From positions 3,180-67,179 of the forward strand of contig QHOK01000029.1 in NCBI GenBank assembly GCA_003218755.1: 64,000 nt of DNA, read 5' to 3'. Shown here piece by piece: positions 59,197 to 64,000 of the stretch; position 1 is the first letter of the stretch, and every line of letters begins with the position of its first letter. The notes beneath the pieces were generated by a model that was not told the origin of the DNA, ran no database searches, and was given only the letters and a program-made list of their open reading frames with translations. Origin of the DNA: Verrucomicrobiota bacterium. Its GTDB lineage: Bacteria > Verrucomicrobiota > Verrucomicrobiia > Chthoniobacterales > UBA10450. The position numbers were made by a program, and so were the translations under genes.

Positions 59197-59550
59197 ATGA
59201 AAAAGTTCTTATTACATTCGTTTGTCGCAGGGGCCGCTCTGGCCGGAATGGCAGGTTGCGCCCAGGTAAAGAAACCAGCGGCGCAGGTAAAGGCGGCGGC
59301 GGTCGGTTCACGTTTCGATCAAGTCGGGTGGGTCAGGCTGTATGCCGGCGAGCCATGCACGTCGCAAGTCATGTTCGATTTTCACGGCGCAGGATCAACG
59401 GTCTGGCTGGCGGCGCCGAGGGGTGAAACGGAAATCCTGACCGACGCGGCGAAGAAAGACCGGCGCGTTCATATTTTGGGAAAATGGCGACGTGGCGGAC
59501 AACCAAACTGTAGCTACGTTGAAGTCACGAGTGCGGAGTTAACGAGATGA
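59197..59550 (+). CDS. hypothetical lipoprotein
   Basis: The lipobox is LAGMAGC, following MKKFLLHSFVAGAA. Confidence 0.5.
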   Translation: MKKFLLHSFVAGAALAGMAGCAQVKKPAAQVKAAAVGSRFDQVGWVRLYAGEPCTSQVMFDFHGAGSTVWLAAPRGETEILTDAAKKDRRVHILGKWRRGGQPNCSYVEVTSAELTR

Positions 59551-59804
59551 AATCAAACGAAATTGAGGAAGCGAGGAGAAAGTTCGGCCCGATTGCAATT
59601 CGCGCGCTGGCGGTCGGGGCGCAATCAATCGGCGCACTTGCTGCCGGCGCTATTGCCGTCAGCGCACTGGCGCTCGGTTTTATCGGAATTGGCCGCCTTG
59701 TCATCGGCCGCGCAAAAATCAAGCGTCTCGAGATTGGCGAGCTAAGAGTCACTCGTCTGCACGTGACGGAATCGATCGACACTCCCCCGCAATCGCGGCG
59801 ATGA
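59547..59804 (+). CDS. hypothetical Gly/Ala/Ile-rich membrane protein
   Basis: 85 aa. The start overlaps the lipoprotein stop (ATGA). The repetitive motif is GALAAGAIAVSALALGFIGIGRLVIGRAKIKRLEIGELRV. Confidence 0.45.
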   Translation: MKSNEIEEARRKFGPIAIRALAVGAQSIGALAAGAIAVSALALGFIGIGRLVIGRAKIKRLEIGELRVTRLHVTESIDTPPQSRR

Positions 59805-59869
59805 ACCTGAGGGACAAGTTCTGTCACGTCCCAAAATTTGGAACGGCGTGGAGCTCGTCCCCCAAAAAC

Positions 59870-61294
59870 CTAATAACGGTAATGCTCGGACTTGAACGGG
59901 CCGTCGATGGGGACGCCGAGGTAATCGGCTTGTTTGTGGGAGAGCTTCGTTAATTTCACGCCGATTTTTGCCAGGTGCAGGCGGGCAACTTCCTCGTCGA
60001 GTTTTTTCGGCAAGACGTAAACGCCGCCTTTGTAATTTTCTCGATTTTTCCAGAGATCGAGCTGCGCGAGCACTTGATTCGAAAAGGAATTGGACATGAC
60101 GAAACTTGGGTGACCAGTTGCGCAACCGAGGTTCACCAGCCGACCTTCAGCGAGCAGGAAAATTTCGTGACCGTCCGGGAACGTGTACTTGTCCACCTGC
60201 GGTTTGATGTTGGTTTTCTTCACGCCTTTGGCTGCATTGAGCGCATCGACCTGAATCTCATTGTCGAAGTGGCCGATGTTAGCGACGATCGCCTGATCTT
60301 TCATCCGCTGCATGTGTTCGAGCGTGATGACATCGAGGTTGCCGCTGGCAGTGATGTAGATGTCGCCGCGACCCAGTGTCTCTTCGAGAGTCGTGACCTC
60401 GTAGCCTTCCATCGCGGCTTGCAGCGCGTTAATCGGATCGATCTCGGTAATGACAACGCGCGCCCCCTGGCCGCGCAGTGATTGCGCGCAACCTTTGCCG
60501 ACATCGCCGTATCCGCACACCACAGCGACTTTGCCACCGAGCATCACATCCAGCGCGCGATTCAATCCATCGACAAGCGAATGCCGGCAGCCGTACAGGT
60601 TGTCGAACTTCGATTTCGTGACCGAGTCGTTTACATTGATAGCGGGAACAAGCAGCCGCTTTTCCTGATGCAATTTGTAGAGGCGGTGCACGCCGGTTGT
60701 TGTTTCCTCCGAAAGGCCGCGCCAATCCTTCACGATCTCGTGCCAGCGATATGGATTCTCTCGATGAATTTCGAGCAGCAAACCTTTGATTACCTGTTCT
60801 TCTTTGTTTGCCGATTTGGTTTTTGCCCAATCGCTGCCTTCCTCCAACTCGTGGCCTTTATGAATGAGCAACGTGGCGTCTCCGCCATCATCGACTACCA
60901 GTTGGGGACCTTTGCCGTCTGGGTGTAAAATCGCCCGATAAGTGCACCACCAGTAATCTTCCAGTGATTCACCTTTCCACGCGAACACCGAGATGCCTCT
61001 TTTCGCGATAGCCGCGGCGGCATGATCTTGCGTCGAGAAAATATTGCAGCTCGCCCATCGCACAGTCGCGCCAAGATCGACCAGGGTTTCGATCAATACC
61101 GCGGTTTGGATCGTCATGTGCAGCGAGCCCGTGATTCGCACACCGGCGAGCGGTTTCTGCGGCGCATACTTTTCGCGGATCGCCATCAGACCCGGCATTT
61201 CCTTTTCAGCGATGGAAATTTCCTTTCGACCGAAATCCGCCAGATTGATGTCCTTTATTTTGTAATCCGTTGTCGTCTTTTCGATTGTTTGCAT
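59870..61294 (-). CDS. ahcY: adenosylhomocysteinase
   Basis: 474 aa with [27 protein letters not shown] at the N-terminus and the NAD-binding motif [12 protein letters not shown]. Confidence 0.96.
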   Translation of the reverse strand: MQTIEKTTTDYKIKDINLADFGRKEISIAEKEMPGLMAIREKYAPQKPLAGVRITGSLHMTIQTAVLIETLVDLGATVRWASCNIFSTQDHAAAAIAKRGISVFAWKGESLEDYWWCTYRAILHPDGKGPQLVVDDGGDATLLIHKGHELEEGSDWAKTKSANKEEQVIKGLLLEIHRENPYRWHEIVKDWRGLSEETTTGVHRLYKLHQEKRLLVPAINVNDSVTKSKFDNLYGCRHSLVDGLNRALDVMLGGKVAVVCGYGDVGKGCAQSLRGQGARVVITEIDPINALQAAMEGYEVTTLEETLGRGDIYITASGNLDVITLEHMQRMKDQAIVANIGHFDNEIQVDALNAAKGVKKTNIKPQVDKYTFPDGHEIFLLAEGRLVNLGCATGHPSFVMSNSFSNQVLAQLDLWKNRENYKGGVYVLPKKLDEEVARLHLAKIGVKLTKLSHKQADYLGVPIDGPFKSEHYRY

Positions 61295-61309
61295 AACTGA
61301 ATAGGGTGC

Positions 61310-61333
61310 AGGTTTCAGGGTTCAGGATTCAGA
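61310..61333. repeat. left terminal inverted repeat of the four-helix-bundle cassette
   Basis: aggtttcagggttcaggattcaga matches the reverse complement of 61721-61744 at 22 of 24 positions. Confidence 0.65.
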
Positions 61334-61711
61334 GCGCACGCGTTTTAGCTTGTTCGGTATTCGCTTCGAGACCGCCCGCGAAAGTCCGTGCAACATGGCT
61401 GATATTTCTTTCGATTCGACGGCGAGCCGATTGAAATCGGTCTTGGTCAGAAAATCGAGTTTGCGAGAGATATAGAGTTGAGTGCGCAGCTCCCCACCAG
61501 AACCTTTCGCGATGTTCAAGAAGCGAATAAATTCTCTATTGCTGTCGCGTTCGTATCCTTCGGCGATATTGCAGGGAATGGACAACGCTGAGCGCTGCAC
61601 TTGATCCTGTATGGTGAAATTTCGGCAGTTTGCAAACGTCTTGAAAATGTCCACCGCCAACCGGCATCCGCGCTGCCAAACTTCGAGATCTTTAAATGAT
61701 TGAAACGCCAT
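61322..61711 (-). CDS. four-helix-bundle protein (23S rRNA intervening-sequence protein family)
   Basis: FKDLEVWQRGCRLAVDIFK...SIPCNIAEGYERDSNREFIRFLNIAKGSGGELRTQL is the family signature. Confidence 0.85.
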   Translation of the reverse strand: MAFQSFKDLEVWQRGCRLAVDIFKTFANCRNFTIQDQVQRSALSIPCNIAEGYERDSNREFIRFLNIAKGSGGELRTQLYISRKLDFLTKTDFNRLAVESKEISAMLHGLSRAVSKRIPNKLKRVRSES

Positions 61712-61720
61712 GATTGATTT

Positions 61721-61744
61721 TCTGAAACCTGAACTCTGAAACCT
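61721..61744. repeat. right terminal inverted repeat of the four-helix-bundle cassette
   Basis: Sequence tctgaaacctgaactctgaaacct. It lies 10 nt upstream of the cassette gene's start and abuts the metK stop. Confidence 0.65.
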
Positions 61745-61749
61745 AAAAC

Positions 61750-62928
61750 CTACTTTGCCGCGCGTTTTAATTCGTCCGCTTTACCGGTGCGTTCCCACGT
61801 TAGCGCATCAACGTCGTCCACCCGACCGAAGTGGCCGTAGTTGGTTGTCTTCCGATAGATCGGGCGAAGCAGATTTAGTTGTTTAATGATCTCTGCCGGC
61901 TTGAAATTAAAAACTTCCCAGATTGCCCGTTCCAATTTTTCCTCGTCCACTTTGCCTGTGCAGAATGTATCCACACTCACGCTCACCGGCTCGGGGTGAC
62001 CAATGGCATACGCGAACTGGACCTCGCATCGATCCGCCAGGCCGGCTGCGACGACATTCTTTGCGATCCAGCGCCCCATGTACGCCGCGCTGCGGTCCAC
62101 TTTGCTCGGGTCTTTCCCGGAAAAAGCGCCACCGCCGTGCCGCCCCATTCCGCCATACGTATCGCAAATAATCTTGCGGCCCGTTATCCCTGCATCGCCT
62201 TCCGGACCGCCGATGACAAATCGGCCAGTTGGATTGATCAGGTAGGTCGTCTTTTTATCCAGCCATTCTGCCGGCATCACTTTCTTGATGAGAAGTTCCG
62301 TCAGCGTCTCGCGGACTTCTTTTTGTTTTACATCGGCTGTATGCTGTGAGGACACGACGACCGTCGTAGCTCGCACCGGTTTGTAGCCATCGTATTCGAT
62401 TGAAACTTGCGTCTTGCCATCGGGACGCAGCCAGGGAATTTCGCCAGACTTCCGCAAGCGCGTTAGCTCCCGCCCAAGTTTATGGGCAAACGAAATGGGC
62501 GCTGGCATGAGCTCCAGCGTTTCATTGCAGGCAAAGCCAAACATCAACCCCTGATCGCCGGCGCCTTGCTCGGCAGTAGCTTTTCCGTCCGCCGCAATGC
62601 TATCGACACCCTGTTTGATGTCGCGCGATTGCTCGCTCATCTCCCAAATCACCCGGCAGGTGTCTGCGTGAAAAATGCAATCGCCGTTGACGTATCCGAT
62701 GTCGCGGATCGCAGCGCGGACGCGCTCTTCAAAATCAAACTTCGCGTTGGCCGTAATTTCGCCGGCCAGGACGACGAGGTTGCCTTTTGCGAGAGTTTCG
62801 CAAGCGACGCGACTCAACGGATCCTGTTCGAGACAGGCGTCGAGAATGTAATCGCTGATGGTGTCGCAAACTTTGTCGGGATGGCCTTCGGTGACGGACT
62901 CAGAAGAAAAGATGTAACGGCGGGACAT
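61750..62928 (-). CDS. metK: S-adenosylmethionine synthase
   Basis: [28 protein letters not shown] and [19 protein letters not shown] motifs are present. It ends in TAG. Confidence 0.96.
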   Translation of the reverse strand: MSRRYIFSSESVTEGHPDKVCDTISDYILDACLEQDPLSRVACETLAKGNLVVLAGEITANAKFDFEERVRAAIRDIGYVNGDCIFHADTCRVIWEMSEQSRDIKQGVDSIAADGKATAEQGAGDQGLMFGFACNETLELMPAPISFAHKLGRELTRLRKSGEIPWLRPDGKTQVSIEYDGYKPVRATTVVVSSQHTADVKQKEVRETLTELLIKKVMPAEWLDKKTTYLINPTGRFVIGGPEGDAGITGRKIICDTYGGMGRHGGGAFSGKDPSKVDRSAAYMGRWIAKNVVAAGLADRCEVQFAYAIGHPEPVSVSVDTFCTGKVDEEKLERAIWEVFNFKPAEIIKQLNLLRPIYRKTTNYGHFGRVDDVDALTWERTGKADELKRAAK

Positions 62929-63038
62929 AACTGACGTTGAAGGGTTAAAGCGTTAAAACGGTTTAAGATTCTTGATTAGCCAAACAGTTCAAGGTTCAAC
63001 AGCGTAACTTAGGAACATATTGACCAATCATGATGCGT

Positions 63039-63060
63039 CGATATATCGTTGGCCGATATC
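63039..63060. promoter_or_regulatory. palindromic candidate operator in the metK / regulator divergent region
   Basis: CGATATATCG is a perfect 10-bp palindrome at 63039-63048. ATATCG-N5-CGATAT spans 63043-63059, immediately before ATG 63061. A possible -35 TTGACC lies at 63020-63025. Confidence 0.35.
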
Positions 63061-63993
63061 ATGGCGTCAACCATTAATTTGTTGCGGTTGCTGGCAGACC
63101 CGACTCGATTGCGTCTACTGCTTCTGCTCGAGCAGGAAGAGCTTTCCGTCGCGGAGTTACAGCAAATTTTGGGTATGGGCCAATCGCGCATCTCCAGTCA
63201 TCTCGCCCAATTGAAACGCGCCGGCGTCGTTGCGGACCGGCGGGTTGGGAAAAACGTGTATTACGGTGCAGACCATAACGGACGGGATTCACAGCGAGCG
63301 CGCGTTGCAGAAATTACCCGGTTGCTCGCGCGTGAACTGCCGGAAACGTCACGCGATCGGACCAGTCTTAAGCTTGTTCTGCACAAACGTCAGGACAAAG
63401 CGCGCAAATACTTCGATGAGCTCGCCGGAAAGTTTGGCCGAAGTTACGTGCCGGGCCGGTCGTGGAAAGCGCTGGCGCACACGCTGATTACTTTGCTCCC
63501 GCGGCTGACAGTCGCTGACCTCGGGGCAGGCGAGGGGACGCTGTCGCAATTGCTGGCCAAAAATGCTCGCAAAGTCATTGCCGTCGATAATTCGCCAAAG
63601 ATGGTCGAGTTCGGAGCGCAGCTGGCGAAGAAACACGGAATCAAGAACCTCGAATATCGGCTTGGCGACATTGAAGATCCGCCGATTGCTAAAAACAGTG
63701 TCGATCTAGCGATTTTGAGCCAGGCGCTACATCATGCCATTCATCCGGAGCGAGCCATCGCGGCGGCACGTCGCATTTTGAAGCGCGGCGGTCGCCTGGC
63801 CGTTCTCGACCTATTGAGCCACCGGTTCGAAAAGGCCCGCGAACTGTACGCCGACCACTGGCTCGGCTTCAGCGAAGTGCAGTTGCACCAATTCCTGGAA
63901 AAAGCCGGTTTTCGCGAGATCGAAGTGAGCGTCGTCGCGCGAGAAAAACAGAGCCCGTATTTTCAAACGGTGTTCGCCACAGGAATAAAGTAA
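63061..63993 (+). CDS. sahR: ArsR-family wHTH fused to a SAM-dependent methyltransferase-like domain (SahR-like regulator of the SAM cycle)
   Basis: The N-terminus LLRLLADPTRLRLLLLLEQEELSVAELQQILGMGQSRISSHLAQLKRAGVV is an ArsR HTH. The C-terminus carries MT motif I (VADLGAGEGTLSQLLA) and GGRLAVLD. The gene is divergent from metK-ahcY, as described for SahR. Confidence 0.6.
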   Translation: MASTINLLRLLADPTRLRLLLLLEQEELSVAELQQILGMGQSRISSHLAQLKRAGVVADRRVGKNVYYGADHNGRDSQRARVAEITRLLARELPETSRDRTSLKLVLHKRQDKARKYFDELAGKFGRSYVPGRSWKALAHTLITLLPRLTVADLGAGEGTLSQLLAKNARKVIAVDNSPKMVEFGAQLAKKHGIKNLEYRLGDIEDPPIAKNSVDLAILSQALHHAIHPERAIAAARRILKRGGRLAVLDLLSHRFEKARELYADHWLGFSEVQLHQFLEKAGFREIEVSVVAREKQSPYFQTVFATGIK

Positions 63994-64000
63994 CGCTTTC

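Noticed and set aside
62929-63048. Possible SAM or SAH riboswitch in the metK leader
   Set aside because: I cannot recognise any SAM-I, SAM-II, SAM-V or SAH riboswitch core by eye. The region is better explained by divergent promoters plus a protein operator. A covariance-model scan would settle it.
1-64000. CRISPR arrays, tRNA/rRNA genes, transposases, integrases, prophage or known defence systems
   Set aside because: No regularly spaced direct repeats were found. The T-loop-like GGTTCGAA occurrences all lie inside CDSs without cloverleaf context. I found no recombinase-like ORFs.

Overview
This is a 64-kb chromosomal window of about 55% GC with no rRNA, tRNA, CRISPR array, transposase or integrase that I can support. 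The repeat families and gene content suggest a Verrucomicrobiota/PVC-like soil bacterium; this is inference only and needs a database search. The housekeeping backbone is rplA-rplJ-rplL-rpoB-rpoC (without the usual nusG-rplK upstream), rpsB-tsf, purS-purQ-bioD, tyrS, thrB-lpxK, a LolC/E permease, and metK-ahcY with a divergent SahR-like regulator. Accessory content includes a LigD end-joining enzyme split into two distant genes with no Ku in the window, and a GT4/debranching-enzyme pair. There are also three cupin genes followed by a SLOG (YpsA-like) gene, and a loose 2H-phosphoesterase/metallophosphoesterase/nucleotidyltransferase cluster. A metal-binding beta-barrel locus, a SET-domain gene, and a 34-aa bS22-like ribosomal gene absent from the ORF track are also present. 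The main observations are as follows. (1) Four genes for exported proteins are broken, by frameshifts, two in-frame TAG codons and one apparent deletion junction; one adjoins an unusual UPF0489 / NlpC-P60-like / truncated CapA multidomain ORF. (2) A four-helix-bundle gene sits between metK and ahcY, bracketed by 24-bp inverted repeats, and looks like a small inserted cassette. (3) Several families of nested palindromic REP-like repeats occupy the intergenic spacers, and one heptad repeat is embedded in a coding sequence. All family assignments come from motif recognition by eye and should be confirmed by HMM or BLAST searches.
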